Shown one piece after another: positions 20,697 through 31,506 of a DNA stretch of 63,120 nt (position 1 is the first letter of the stretch; every line of letters starts with the position of its first letter). Made by a program: the position numbers and the translations under genes. Source of the stretch: a virus (Duplodnaviria > Caudoviricetes); IMG/VR virus record IMGVR_UViG_3300045741_000433, positions 1 to 63,120 of that record; one strand, 5' to 3'. Under the pieces are notes generated by a model. That model saw only the letters and a program-made list of their open reading frames with translations. It ran no database searches and had not been told where the DNA came from.

Positions 20697-21227
20697 TTAC
20701 TCCCAAATATCACAAACTAAATATACAAACAGATCATTTGAAATCATTGGAGCAGATGCAACTACATATTTTCTTTTATAATATTCACTATCAACTGCTT
20801 TTTGACTATCCATCTTATCAATCAATTTAAGTTGTAACATTCTACTATATTTGCCTGCACAACCTCTAGAACAAAATGGGCCAGCTTTATTTTTCTTTGC
20901 TTTATCTCTTATAAGACGAGGGCTTCTCTCAAACTCTTTATCACACCAAGCACATGTAAATTTAACTAATTTAACTCGGCGAGTATCATCTCCAGAGTGT
21001 TGATCTCTTGGAACTAATCTTAAATTATTAAGATCATTATTTTCAAAATTAGAATCCCAATGATCTACTGTTTCTAAATTTGGATCTAATTTACGACCCA
21101 ATTGCATTTCCATTAACCATTTAGGATAAGATACAGTGCGGCGCTTACCATTATTCTCAATGATAATAACTATTTGACGCCCATCTTTTCTTTTATATGG
21201 GCCATGCACTTTAAATGGTTCAGCCAT
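20697..21227 (-). CDS. HNH endonuclease
   Basis: ETVDHWDSNFENNDLNNL. Confidence 0.8.
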   Translation of the reverse strand: MAEPFKVHGPYKRKDGRQIVIIIENNGKRRTVSYPKWLMEMQLGRKLDPNLETVDHWDSNFENNDLNNLRLVPRDQHSGDDTRRVKLVKFTCAWCDKEFERSPRLIRDKAKKNKAGPFCSRGCAGKYSRMLQLKLIDKMDSQKAVDSEYYKRKYVVASAPMISNDLFVYLVCDIWE

Positions 21228-21244
21228 ACAAAGATGCTAAACTA

Positions 21245-22174
21245 TTAGTAAAGACGGTTGTTATAGCCTGGCTTTACTGGATTTTCATTTGTTGGTGAAA
21301 GTTCTAAAATTTTATCTTGATAAAATTTAGGTAAGTTATTGAAATAACATTCTTCTTTATTAGAAAGCTTTTTTCCTTGACGAAAAGATATCGGATTTTG
21401 TGGAACCCAAGATTTTTCAGTTCCAACAAGAATTGGCTTGCCTTTATCATTAAATATATTTAATTTGGTAAGAGGATCTTTTTTATATACTGGATATTCT
21501 CTTAAACAAAGAAAACGAAGCCCAGACCAATAACCATACCAATTAGCTATATTCCATTCAGTTTTCCAACTATGAGACACTCCACCATGTTTTTTGTTTT
21601 TATCAGCAGGAATAAACCAAAATAATTTATTTCCAACTTTACCAACAATTCTACCACTCAACCAATTAGCAATTTCATTTGTATTGTATTTAACAAATTT
21701 TTGATTGGGTCTAGGTATTTTAGTTTTTTGACGAAGAATTCCGGCATCATCTACATAAAAAGCATACCTATAATATGATACGGTCCAATCTTCTGGCTTA
21801 TAAGATCTGCCGCGATAATCAAGATTCTCTTGCTCCTCTACAGAGGAAAGCAAATGATCAAATACAATATGGCGACCAGCAGTAGTTCTAGTATCAAATT
21901 TTTTAGCTACTTCAGATCTAACATCATTCCAAAGTCTGCCGCATTGACTCTCTAACCAACGATTCATTGGGCCAAGTTTATCTCTAAACTCTTTATAAAC
22001 ATTAGCTGTTGGCTCAATATCATAATCGTACCAGTTTTCAGAATCATGCTTTATATCTGCGAGATAATTTTTTTCATGGGCGCGATTTTCAGAATGAGAG
22101 TTTCGACGCTCCCATTTATTTCTACGATATCTTCCGCCCTCAATAACAGACTTAGATAAATTTTTAGTACTCAT
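21245..22174 (-). CDS. Hypothetical protein
   Basis: 309-aa ORF with GGAG RBS. Confidence 0.7.
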   Translation of the reverse strand: MSTKNLSKSVIEGGRYRRNKWERRNSHSENRAHEKNYLADIKHDSENWYDYDIEPTANVYKEFRDKLGPMNRWLESQCGRLWNDVRSEVAKKFDTRTTAGRHIVFDHLLSSVEEQENLDYRGRSYKPEDWTVSYYRYAFYVDDAGILRQKTKIPRPNQKFVKYNTNEIANWLSGRIVGKVGNKLFWFIPADKNKKHGGVSHSWKTEWNIANWYGYWSGLRFLCLREYPVYKKDPLTKLNIFNDKGKPILVGTEKSWVPQNPISFRQGKKLSNKEECYFNNLPKFYQDKILELSPTNENPVKPGYNNRLY

Positions 22175-22813
22175 TCATTCTCCATAAGAGACAATTATTG
22201 AAAGACTAATATAGTCTTTACTCTATTCAAAATATTTTCTTTATTAGTTTTTTGAAAATCAAATAACAATTTACTATAATTAAATATTTTAGGAATTTGT
22301 TTTTCTATTATTCTATTTTCGGCATCAGTATTGTAAATTAATATTGATGTTTTTTCTTTAATTTGTCTAAATTGAATTATAGTATATAAGTATTTGTCAT
22401 GATAAATTTTAACTATCTCTTCAGAGAGCTTTATTGTTCCATAATATAAATCATTAATTAAAATTGTATAATGGTTATAATCAGTTGCACAAGCATAATT
22501 ATATTTTCCGCTCGGTCGATGAACATTACTATCAAACATATCAACTTGACCTTTACAAAGCGGACATTTTAAAGAATTTAAAAATACTTTAGTTGCTTTA
22601 TCCATTTAGTAAGACCAAGTCAAATTTCTTTTTCTTTTTTCTTCTCTACTTAAAAGCCAATACACAAGCGAAACAATTTGCTTGTGCTTCATTCCATCAA
22701 TGCGAAGTTTAAGCCATTTAGCCAGTCTCACAACATCTTCTGGCTTTGCCGCTTTTAATGTAGAGCGTTTCATTTTACAACCTAATAATTTTAACTAAAA
22801 ATATTATAATAAA

Positions 22814-22889
22814 TGGGAGCGGAACCAGGAGTCGAACCTAGTGTCTTGAGCGTATGAGACTCAAATGGAAGCCGTTTCACTCTTCCGCT
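22814..22889 (-). tRNA. tRNA-Met(CAT)
   Basis: TGAGT-CTCATAC-GCTCA. Confidence 0.85.
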
Positions 22890-22890
22890 A

Positions 22891-22964
22891 TGGTCCCAGA
22901 CTAGGGAATCAAACCCCAATTAATTGGTTCAGAGCCAACTGTCTTATCATTAGACCAGTCTGGA
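22891..22964 (-). tRNA. tRNA-Gln(CTG)
   Basis: Loop CTCTGAA. Confidence 0.88.
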
Positions 22965-22967
22965 ATA

Positions 22968-23041
22968 TGGCTGAGGAACTAGGAATTGAACCTAGATAGC
23001 GGGATTCAAAGGCCCGAGTCCTTCCATTGAACGATTCCTCA
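22968..23041 (-). tRNA. tRNA-Gln(TTG)
   Basis: Loop CTTTGAA, U1, G73. Confidence 0.88.
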
Positions 23042-23395
23042 ATCTATTGATTATATATCTTTATTACTAGAAAGATCTGCAAACTCTAAAATTTTAAATA
23101 TTTCAGCATCTATCTGATCCATTAACTGTTTTCGAGCCGTTTCAATTGCTTGAAAAAAAAGACTATCTGAAATTTTCATTATTTTATTATTTGATGTAAC
23201 TATTATCTCGTCATACATTATCTATCTATCAAAGAAAATCTTCTTCGTTTAACATCCCCTATACGTATGGTTGGAGTAGAAACAATTTCAAATAAAGGCA
23301 TTATAACTTTTCCTGCAAAGCCTGTATTTACTTTTGTTCCAATTTCATTGGTATCTGTTATAATGATTTCATCATGTTCCATTACAGAACATATA

Positions 23396-23626
23396 TCATT
23401 TAATTCCTGGGCCTATTGGACCCGTAACGCCAATTACAACATCAATTGAAACATAATTTGGAAAATATGGAAGTCCGCATGGAACAAATGTAAATCCACT
23501 CATCCAAGGAAATCCTGGAGAACCTTGAACCCCTTGAGGCCCTGTAGGCCCAGAATAATTGGCACTATATACTACATTTCTTTTAGAAATTAAAATTATA
23601 TCATACATTGCAGTATCATATAACAT
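23396..23626 (-). CDS. Small protein with collagen-like GXY stretch
   Basis: GPTGPQGVQGSPG. Confidence 0.45.
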   Translation of the reverse strand: MLYDTAMYDIILISKRNVVYSANYSGPTGPQGVQGSPGFPWMSGFTFVPCGLPYFPNYVSIDVVIGVTGPIGPGIK

Positions 23627-23752
23627 GGTCTTCCGAGCTGGGCTCACACCAACACCTTCTTTCGTAGAGAAAGCACTCTAATACGAATACTAATTAATAC
23701 AAATTTTAACGCGTCAATTTATATTAAGTTTTCTTCTTTAAGTTATCGGAAG
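23626..23752 (-). ncRNA. tRNA-like RNA with about 55-nt D-loop insertion, possible CUA anticodon
   Basis: CTTCCGA/TCGGAAG-A-CCA, T arm GTTGG/CCAGC, inserted AT-rich hairpin. Confidence 0.6.
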
Positions 23753-24012
23753 ATAATTAGCTTATAAAATTTCCTAATAATAATTGCTTTTTGGCTTCTT
23801 TAATTATTTCAATCTGATTCTTACGCAAAATATTATATTCTTTTATTTCATTTTGACTGTTAATGATTATTGGATGATTCATTTGGTGTCTCGCTCTAGA
23901 ATTACACTAGATTCTCTGTCTATGCCAGTTTCTTTGTTTGCAGCCGCGGAAGACAGCCAGCAGAAATTATTTCGATTTGCGAGACATATATTATTATTTG
24001 ATTATATATAAT

Positions 24013-24399
24013 ATGATTAAACTAATTAAACATGTTTATAATATATTAAGAAATTCAACTAGAGATATTGGAGTTACATCTAAACGATCTTCTCAATGGC
24101 CTAAAGTAGAAAAAGATTTTCTATCTAAAAATCCTTGTTGTGCTATTTGCAATAGCAAATCAAACCTTAATGTCCATCACAAGAAACCATTTCATCTACA
24201 TCCTGAATTAGAATTAGATGAATCTAATCTAATTACTCTTTGCATGGGAAATAAAGAATGTCACCTTATGATTGGTCATGGAGACAATTTTAAAGCTTAT
24301 AACCCAAACATTACGGCTGATGCTCAAACCCTTCATAAAGATATTTCTAAATTTGCTGAGGTGGCAGCAACAGCCAAGGAAAATAGAAAATTCGAATAA
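24013..24399 (+). CDS. HNH endonuclease
   Basis: RSSQWPKV, CAIC, VHHKKPFH, NLITLC. Confidence 0.85.
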   Translation: MIKLIKHVYNILRNSTRDIGVTSKRSSQWPKVEKDFLSKNPCCAICNSKSNLNVHHKKPFHLHPELELDESNLITLCMGNKECHLMIGHGDNFKAYNPNITADAQTLHKDISKFAEVAATAKENRKFE

Positions 24400-24495
24400 C
24401 CTCGCAAGTATCAGCCTAACATTCATATAATGACGGTTTGCTGGTCGTAGCCATATAACGATCTTTTTGTGCACATAGCGCAATACTTGAAAGTT

Positions 24496-24572
24496 TGGTG
24501 GACACAGACGGGGATTGAACTCGCTTAAGGCAGTTTGCAGAACTGCTACATTCCCATTAATGCTACTGGCCC
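24496..24572 (-). tRNA. tRNA-Ala(TGC), irregular
   Basis: G3-U70, loop TCTGCAA. Confidence 0.75.
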
Positions 24573-24575
24573 ATT

Positions 24576-24651
24576 TGGTGGATCATTCGGGATTCGAACC
24601 CGATGTCCCCTATCACTAAAGTATAGGGGCCAGCCTTTTCATCAAAGACCC
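24576..24651 (-). ncRNA. D-armless Ala-identity tRNA-like RNA (resembles the tmRNA tRNA-like domain)
   Basis: G3-U70, A73-CCA, canonical T arm, unpaired D region, long helix in place of anticodon arm. Confidence 0.65.
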
Positions 24652-24762
24652 AACTAGGAACAGTTTTTTCGAATTAAGTCATGTTCCAGGACTTAAAGGG
24701 CAGATTAGCCCAAGTTTGTACTGAGCGTGAAATTAAATGATTAACATTTAACCAGTCAGTTA

Positions 24763-24836
24763 TGGTGAACCTCCAGGGAATCGAACCCTGATTTTCTCGC
24801 AGCCAGCGAAACGTTATACCGTTTAACTAGAAGCCC
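24763..24836 (-). tRNA. tRNA-Ala(GGC)
   Basis: Loop CTGGCTG, G3-U70. Confidence 0.8.
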
Positions 24837-24860
24837 ATCTATATGATTTTATTGCAGATT

Positions 24861-24934
24861 TTGTGGACCGTCAGAGAATCGAACTCTGAACTCCTGCGTG
24901 CAAGGCAAGCGTTATACCGTTTAACTAACAGCCC
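24861..24934 (-). tRNA. tRNA-Ala(TGC)
   Basis: CTTGC-CTTGCAC-GCAGG. Confidence 0.9.
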
Positions 24935-24967
24935 ATATAATTTATATCAACATATTCGTAGAATATA

Positions 24968-25052
24968 TGGTGGGTCCAGAGAGAATCGAACTCATCAATG
25001 TCTTTCGACGTCCGGTTAAAAGCCGGGTACCTTACCATTAGGTTATAGACCC
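24968..25052 (-). tRNA. tRNA-Lys(TTT) with extra variable-arm hairpin
   Basis: Loop CTTTTAA; GTC-GAAA-GAC in the V region. Confidence 0.85.
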
Positions 25053-25256
25053 ATATACATTATTTTCTTTTACATTCAGGACAAACATCTATACTACGTG
25101 AATACCCAGTCGATCCGCAATCATCAATTTCTTTTACTATCCATCCATTTGGAACTGGACCATTGCTAATATTATTATTCATACATTTAACTCTTTTAAC
25201 AAAAGCTTCCTTACTACATATATCGCAAACTAATTTGTAAGATAATAATTGAACTC

Positions 25257-25547
25257 TCATTTTTTGTCCTGCTTAATTAAAAGCTCTACTTCTGGACTAC
25301 AAGGAACATTAGTATATATAGTAGCAGTACCTATAGGATATTCACTAACATAACTTTGTACAAAACATAATCCGGTTCTCTGATCTTTTATATACTGAAT
25401 GTTATTTGCACTCTCTTGAATTGCCTTTTGTTGATTACGTTCAGCCCGCTCACAACCAACAAGCATTAATAAACAAATTAATATCAGTTTCATTATTATT
25501 CTTTCGAATTGAAATGGTGAGCAGCTTGCTCTACTTCTTTGGTACAA
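25257..25547 (-). CDS. Small lipoprotein, paralog of adjacent gene
   Basis: LVGC lipobox; YIKDQRTGLCF...NVPC. Confidence 0.6.
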   Translation of the reverse strand: MYQRSRASCSPFQFERIIMKLILICLLMLVGCERAERNQQKAIQESANNIQYIKDQRTGLCFVQSYVSEYPIGTATIYTNVPCSPEVELLIKQDKK

Positions 25548-25783
25548 GGAACATTAGCTAATGTTGCTGCCACTGTTTTTACCCAAACTCCAGCAAAACA
25601 AAGATTAGTTGTATCATCTTTAAAATATTTCAAATCTTGAGACAGATATTGTGTTTCGCTTAATTTAGGCGGCAAATCGCAACTACAAATTAAAAGACTA
25701 ATTATCATCACCTTGAGCAAACGCATGTTTAATTTTTCCTTGTAATGAAACGAAAACAAATCCTTTAAAAGAATCTCCATCAT
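25496..25783 (-). CDS. Small lipoprotein, paralog (true start likely downstream)
   Basis: YFKDDTTNLCF...NVPC. Confidence 0.55.
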   Translation of the reverse strand: MMEILLKDLFSFHYKEKLNMRLLKVMIISLLICSCDLPPKLSETQYLSQDLKYFKDDTTNLCFAGVWVKTVAATLANVPCTKEVEQAAHHFNSKE

Positions 25784-26643
25784 CTATGGCATCATTAATA
25801 AATTCAAACGAAAGCAAATTACTATTGACATCGCTTAATCGAAGTGAATTTAATAACCAATGCTCTGGTTTATTAGCTTCTGATTTTAAGAAGTCAGCCA
25901 TCGAATCATTATCTTCCAACAATTTGGAATAGTCTCCAAGAGGAGCAATATTAACAAGCTGTAAAGTTAATTCTTCTGCATTTGAAATTACATATTTCGA
26001 AAGAGCTTCTTGCATTTCAGGAACTGAAACTCCAAGCTTTTCTTTTATTTTAGAATCAATTTCCTCAACGGAATCAGTTTCTTTTAAATCGAAATCTTCA
26101 ATTTTCTCAATCATGCTAATATTATAAACATTGAAATTGGGGGCGCAAGGGGCCGTTAATTTTTATCTTTCAATAATTGTAGAAACTTTCTCAGTAGTAG
26201 TTGTAAAAGTTAATCTCATTAATCCGTTTGTATTTTTACGGATATGCTCTAAATATTCTTGAGCTTCTTTTTTATCAGTGAAAGTTTTCTCAAAACAATC
26301 AGCATCACTTCGACCACAAGGATCATAATTACTTGTGCTGTATTGCCAATAAGACACTTTATATTTTTTAATAGTATATTCTTTCATGATACACCTTTAA
26401 TGAAAAGCCCATAATTTTGAATCTAATTTCGATTTAATTAAATGTAAAATATCATCTATGCAATCGCGACAATAATATTCAGCTCTAGAGCCACCTAAAT
26501 TAATCATAACTACTGTTGTATCAACTTTTATATACCAAACATCACCCAATATATTTACCATACTTTGAGGGTTTCTTTTACAATTAATATTACTACAATG
26601 AACTCCTGTACGATCTAATTTAAAAAGTTCAACATTAATCATA

Positions 26644-26720
26644 TGGTGGGTCCACTGGGATTCGAACCCAGACTGGTCAGATTAAAAGTCTGATGTGCTA
26701 ACCGTTAACACTATAGACCC
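26644..26720 (-). tRNA. tRNA-Lys(TTT)
   Basis: TCAGA-CTTTTAA-TCTGA. Confidence 0.93.
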
Positions 26721-26917
26721 ATTATAATTTTGGAAAACAACAATCATAATGCATAAATGGAGCAAATGCTGCTCTACTTGCACAAAGATCAGCTTCTGAT
26801 AAAGGAAGCTTACAACCGTAACAATTAAATTTAGTTAAACGCTCTCCAAATGGTTTATGCTTTTCTTCATCAAGAATTTCCCATTCATATACTTCTTCTG
26901 CATATATGTTTTTCATT

Positions 26918-26995
26918 TGGTGGGTTTGGAGGGACTTGAACCCATCAATTATGTCTCCTTAAGAGGGAGCTACCATGCCATTAGGTGACAAACCC
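26918..26995 (-). tRNA. tRNA-Lys(CTT)
   Basis: Loop CTCTTAA. Confidence 0.85.
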
Positions 26996-27684
26996 ATTTT
27001 AATATGCTTTCTTACAGCATTATCACTTACCCCTAAACGTCTTCCACATTCTACGTATCCGAATTTTTGAGTCATATCAATCAATTCATCTATAGCTGGC
27101 CACTTAATTTTAGTGGGTGTATTTTTTCTTTTGCACGATACACACCAAATAGAAGATCTATGTATTTCTATTTTACAAACAATACATTGATTAGGTTTTC
27201 TTTTTTCTGATTTTCTATTTTTTCCACAAAAATTATCAGTTAATGAATGACAGTTAGGGCAAAGAAATCTTAAATTTTCCAATCTATTATCAGTTTTAAT
27301 TCCATTAATATGATCCATTTGCAAATTTAATTTTTTACCAATCCATTCGGATATTCCGCAATCTTTACCATGACATTTATATTCAAGTAAATTGTCTTTT
27401 ATTATTAATTTTTTAACTAATTTGTAATCATTATAAGAGCCATTAGCTACAAATAATTTTTCTTTAGACTTATTTTTTAATAAATTTTTAGAACGATTTG
27501 ACAAATCTTTTTTAGAGCTAAAATGTGATGTATCTAACTTAAGGCGAGATATATGAAATTTTATACTTTTATAAGATCCTCCCCTTACTAAACCTAAAGA
27601 ATCTATAACATCTGATAAACATTTAGATTTACCAACTATATTTATCAAATCATTATCTGACCAAGTGCGTTTTATTCGAACCAT
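26959..27684 (-). CDS. HNH endonuclease reading into tRNA-Lys(CTT)
   Basis: QMDHINGIKTDNRLENLRFLCPNCH; stop TAA is in the anticodon loop. Confidence 0.88.
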   Translation of the reverse strand: MVRIKRTWSDNDLINIVGKSKCLSDVIDSLGLVRGGSYKSIKFHISRLKLDTSHFSSKKDLSNRSKNLLKNKSKEKLFVANGSYNDYKLVKKLIIKDNLLEYKCHGKDCGISEWIGKKLNLQMDHINGIKTDNRLENLRFLCPNCHSLTDNFCGKNRKSEKRKPNQCIVCKIEIHRSSIWCVSCKRKNTPTKIKWPAIDELIDMTQKFGYVECGRRLGVSDNAVRKHIKMGLSPNGMVAPS

Positions 27685-27707
27685 AACTATTATATATCAC
27701 AATATTG

Positions 27708-28319
27708 CTAGGGTTCGATATTTTTATATTCTTGATTTACAAAATCTTTGCTTAAAGTTTTCATTGGATTTAACATTGAACGTGGATAAATAAATTGTTC
27801 ATGAGGTTGAAAATTATTTCCCATAGCTCCCCAATTTTTAATTTCTCTAAATTGATTTATCATAAAGTAATGGCGCCTTAACAAATCTGTCATGCCCCAA
27901 CCAATTAACCAAATAGTTTTATCTTTAAAAGACAAATTTTTTGAGGTTGTTAATACCATTGGCAACTCGCCTTGATCTCTATCTTGAATCATTAACCCAT
28001 CAGTTGGGTCGCCTATCCATCTTACATTTACTTGGCCTACATCTGGGTAGTTATGAAACTCACCAGGCTTTGTTACTCTGGCTTTTTTTCCTGCCCATTG
28101 ATGAATGGCATACTCTGAACGTTTTGAAAATATTGCATACCTTAAACTGGCTTCAGGATCTTTATTAATAGCTCTGTCATTTAGATTTCGTTCTTTAGAC
28201 TGCTTCTCTTGAAGCATCCCCATCTCTGTGGCTAACTTATCCAATTCATTATCTAAAACAACTGGAATCCAATCATCTTCGGTAGTTACTAAACATTTTG
28301 ATAATACTACTTGCCCCAT
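27708..28319 (-). CDS. Hypothetical protein
   Basis: 203-aa ORF. Confidence 0.6.
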   Translation of the reverse strand: MGQVVLSKCLVTTEDDWIPVVLDNELDKLATEMGMLQEKQSKERNLNDRAINKDPEASLRYAIFSKRSEYAIHQWAGKKARVTKPGEFHNYPDVGQVNVRWIGDPTDGLMIQDRDQGELPMVLTTSKNLSFKDKTIWLIGWGMTDLLRRHYFMINQFREIKNWGAMGNNFQPHEQFIYPRSMLNPMKTLSKDFVNQEYKNIEP

Positions 28320-28765
28320 TGTTTACCTTACATAAAAACCCATAACTTGGGATTTAAAATCTTTTTTATATCTTCATAAATAATTTCTATACAATCTCTA
28401 CAATAATAAGAAGTATTATATCCAGCGGCACTATCCATTGTAATTGCTACACAAGTTGTATCAGTTTTAATTCTACCTTTATCGGTAATAAATTCTTGCT
28501 TTTTTCTGCAACTTAAATTTCTGCATTTGGCTCGGCCGCTTGCTTTGATTAATTTAATCTTCATGCCGACTATATAACGCTATAATGGTTTGATTAAAGT
28601 TAGATAATAATCCGATTGATAATCTTCCATGCCGGAATCAAATTTAATATAATATGGAAAATAAAGATTTTCTTTTATAGAAATAATCTTTCCTTTACCA
28701 AATAAAATATGTTTAACTTTATCGCCTACTTTAAATTTTAAATTATTTTTTGTCATGACTTTATA

Positions 28766-28842
28766 TGGTGGTGCCTATTGGTTCTGCCCCAATTTCGTCT
28801 GCTCTTCAGGCAGCGGTCTTTAGCTAAAAATACGAAAGCACC
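28766..28842 (-). tRNA. tRNA-Phe(GAA)
   Basis: Loop CTGAAGA; atypical T loop. Confidence 0.78.
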
Positions 28843-28845
28843 ACA

Positions 28846-28953
28846 TGGTCCCTCAAGATAGATTCGAACTACCGTCCTCCCGCTTTCGGCGAGCGCTCTA
28901 CCGAAGTAATCTTTTATGTACACTAATTGGATTACTAGCTGAGCTATTGAGAG
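28846..28953 (-). ncRNA. tRNA-like RNA with D-loop hairpin carrying a GATTAC motif; shrunken GAA anticodon loop
   Basis: Complete acceptor and T arms, CCA; AGTAATC...GATTACT hairpin inside the D loop. Confidence 0.7.
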
Positions 28954-29138
28954 ATTTATTATTCAATATCGTATCCGCACAATTTATTACATTGTTCAAT
29001 ACAAAATTCATTATCACAAGTCAGATATCTTTTTAATACTGGCTCATTACATATCATACAATTAAAATCTTCATTTGGATCTATATTGGAAACAAATAAA
29101 GGTCTAATTAATTTAAAGAAATAGTGTTTTAGTTTCAT

Positions 29139-29214
29139 TGGAATCATTATGGGACTTGCACCACATATCTCCCAGCTATCACGCCAGGCACTCTGCTTGT
29201 TGAGCTAAACGATT
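29139..29214 (-). tRNA. Degenerate tRNA-Ile(GAT)-like
   Basis: D arm TAGCTCAA...GAGT, irregular anticodon and T arms. Confidence 0.55.
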
Positions 29215-29215
29215 T

Positions 29216-29372
29216 TTCCACAGGTTCCAACGATGTGGGCACGCTTGAGGATTTACTACCTGATCTCAAAATCAGGTCCTCGTCACAGTTTCCGGCCATG
29301 TGAGCAGGTAAGGAGAGCGACTCCTCATTGTATACTTATGGATACTTCCTAGCGGGAAGGCCATATGTATTA
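29216..29372. ncRNA. Unassigned multi-hairpin RNA
   Basis: GC-richer non-coding stretch with several inverted repeats. Confidence 0.45.
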
Positions 29373-29375
29373 GTA

Positions 29376-29450
29376 TGGTCGGGCATAATGGTAACGCTCC
29401 ATTTTCTATACTTTATCAGAGTATCGTCTTAACTTCTGGACGAATGCCCG
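29376..29450 (-). tRNA. tRNA-Ile(GAT)
   Basis: ATACT-CTGATAA-AGTAT. Confidence 0.85.
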
Positions 29451-29842
29451 ATTATGATGAGCAAGCTCACCATACCTTTTTATAACTGACGCAAAATTTC
29501 TTTTGCTTCATCTGCTACGTTAGGTCGAAAAAGCAATGCAGCGACCGAAGTTTCCTCTGGCTTCCACTGCCCTTCTAAACCGTAACATGAACAATGTGAT
29601 CCGTTGACTTCGTACAATTTACCTTCCTTTCGAAAAATAACGTGTGCCCAACCTTCGTAATCACCTGTGCTATAACATGCATACAATATTTCTACTCCTT
29701 CCAATTTCTCGGAATCAATAGCAAAACTGTTCATCATGTCTTCTTGTGTATTTAAATTATCAAAATATATTTTCATAGTATCTCCCTTTCGTTACAAGAA
29801 ATATCCATACTATTAAATATAATTTTAATTATTCAATCACAA

Positions 29843-29918
29843 TGGTGGTGCCTAGTAGAATCGAACTACTCACATTCTGCTTATCAGACAGACATTCTAA
29901 CCACTGAATTAAGGCACC
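29843..29918 (-). tRNA. tRNA-Ile(GAT)
   Basis: Loop CTGATAA, CCA. Confidence 0.92.
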
Positions 29919-30235
29919 GTTATCCTATCAAATCTTCTTTCATATCTTCTTCGCATTGATGCATGTAATCTAGAACTGCACATGCTGCATGTCTCCAAGC
30001 ATCTTGTCCAACTTTTCCTAGGTCTTCCCATTTAGGGAGATTCTTTCCATTATAATTAATGTAATCAACTTTTTCAGCATATTTATCATATGCTATTCTT
30101 CCAATATCAATTGCCATATTACTTTCCTTACATCAAATCTATATCTTCATCTTCTGCAAGTGGATTCATTAACTCTTGAGCTTTCATAAGTAAAAAGGGT
30201 AGAGACGCGTATCATACGTTATATATCAGTATGCC

Positions 30236-30700
30236 ATGAGAAAAAGAACATATACAGAACAAGAATTTATTGATGCTGTTAAAAATAGTTTTTCTATAGC
30301 TCAAGTATTACAAAAATTAAATTTAACTCCAGCTGGTGGATCATATAAAACTTTTTATAACACTGTTAAAAATTTACAATTAGATACCTCACATTTTTTA
30401 GGACAAGGACATCTAAAAGATAAGAATCATAATTGGACACCACCACGACCATTATCACAAATATTGGTGGAAAATAGTGAGCATGCCAGCAGTTATACTT
30501 TAAAAAATCGTTTAGTAAAAGAAGGATTACTTACTTATTTTTGTGAAGAATGTGGGCTTAATGAATGGAATGGTAAAAAATTATCATTACACCTTGATCA
30601 TATTAACGGAGATCATTCCGATAACAGATTACAAAATTTAAGAATAATGTGCCCAAATTGCCATTCACAAACAGAAACTTATTGTAAAAAGAAGTTGTAG
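30236..30700 (+). CDS. HNH endonuclease
   Basis: LHLDHINGDHSDNRLQNLRIMCPNCH; paralog of 26959-27684. Confidence 0.9.
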   Translation: MRKRTYTEQEFIDAVKNSFSIAQVLQKLNLTPAGGSYKTFYNTVKNLQLDTSHFLGQGHLKDKNHNWTPPRPLSQILVENSEHASSYTLKNRLVKEGLLTYFCEECGLNEWNGKKLSLHLDHINGDHSDNRLQNLRIMCPNCHSQTETYCKKKL

Positions 30701-30780
30701 TCGTAGAGGGACTCGAACCCCCAAGCCCTTACGAGCGAGCAGTTTTAAGCAGCTTGTGTATACCATTCCACCATACGACC
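30695..30780 (-). tRNA. tRNA-Leu(TAA)
   Basis: Loop CTTAAAA, long V arm. Confidence 0.85.
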
Positions 30781-30787
30781 ATAATTT

Positions 30788-30933
30788 AGAAACAACAAAA
30801 ATATAAAGTCTATGTCTTTCGACACTAATGCGTTTGCCATTCCGCCATCCAAACCATAAGCTTGGAGTGAGACTCGAACTCACATATCTGTTAAGATGTT
30901 AGTTTTAATGTAAACCTTATTGCATTTGTTTCT
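30788..30933 (-). ncRNA. YrlA-like Y RNA with permuted tRNA domain
   Basis: Order is T arm, loop-closed acceptor stem, D arm, inside a terminal stem bearing AATGC...TTTACATT. Confidence 0.8.
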
Positions 30934-30968
30934 TGGTTATTTATTTAATATTTAAACTAAACAAATAA

Positions 30969-31505
30969 TTAAATATCTAAATCATTTTCTCTTTGACCAT
31001 GTAATTTGGCATGATCATTTTTATTCATAACTTCTAAATTTTCTAATCTATTGTCCCAGCGTTTACCATTTTTATGATGAACTATTTCTTCTTTATTTAA
31101 TCTTCTTCCTATTATTTGTTCTGCTACAATGCGATGTTCATAAACATATCCCCAAGTATTAGCTTCTGTATGCATTGGAACATATATTCTAACATATCCT
31201 AATGTCTTATCTATTTTTCTAGAAGAGTTTTCCAAGCAAGATGGAATATCTAAAAACTTTTTACTTACCCTACTATTATAAAAAGATATACATTTTTTAG
31301 AACAAAACTTTATTTCATGTCCAATGTTTTTAGAATATTGAAATTGCCAACCACATTCTATACAATTAACTGTAATAAATATATTTTTACGCTTTTCGTT
31401 AAGCCTACGAGATTTTGCTAATTGATAACAATTTCTAGAACAATATTTTGTATTACAAATATTTGTAACAAAAATTACATTACAACAAACACAATTGATA
31501 TTCAT
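30969..31505 (-). CDS. HNH endonuclease
   Basis: YVYEHR...VHHKNGKRWDNRLENL. Confidence 0.88.
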   Translation of the reverse strand: MNINCVCCNVIFVTNICNTKYCSRNCYQLAKSRRLNEKRKNIFITVNCIECGWQFQYSKNIGHEIKFCSKKCISFYNSRVSKKFLDIPSCLENSSRKIDKTLGYVRIYVPMHTEANTWGYVYEHRIVAEQIIGRRLNKEEIVHHKNGKRWDNRLENLEVMNKNDHAKLHGQRENDLDI

Positions 31506-31506
31506 A

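Noticed and set aside
24576-24760. Full-length or two-piece tmRNA
   Set aside because: No tag reading frame or pseudoknot series was found.
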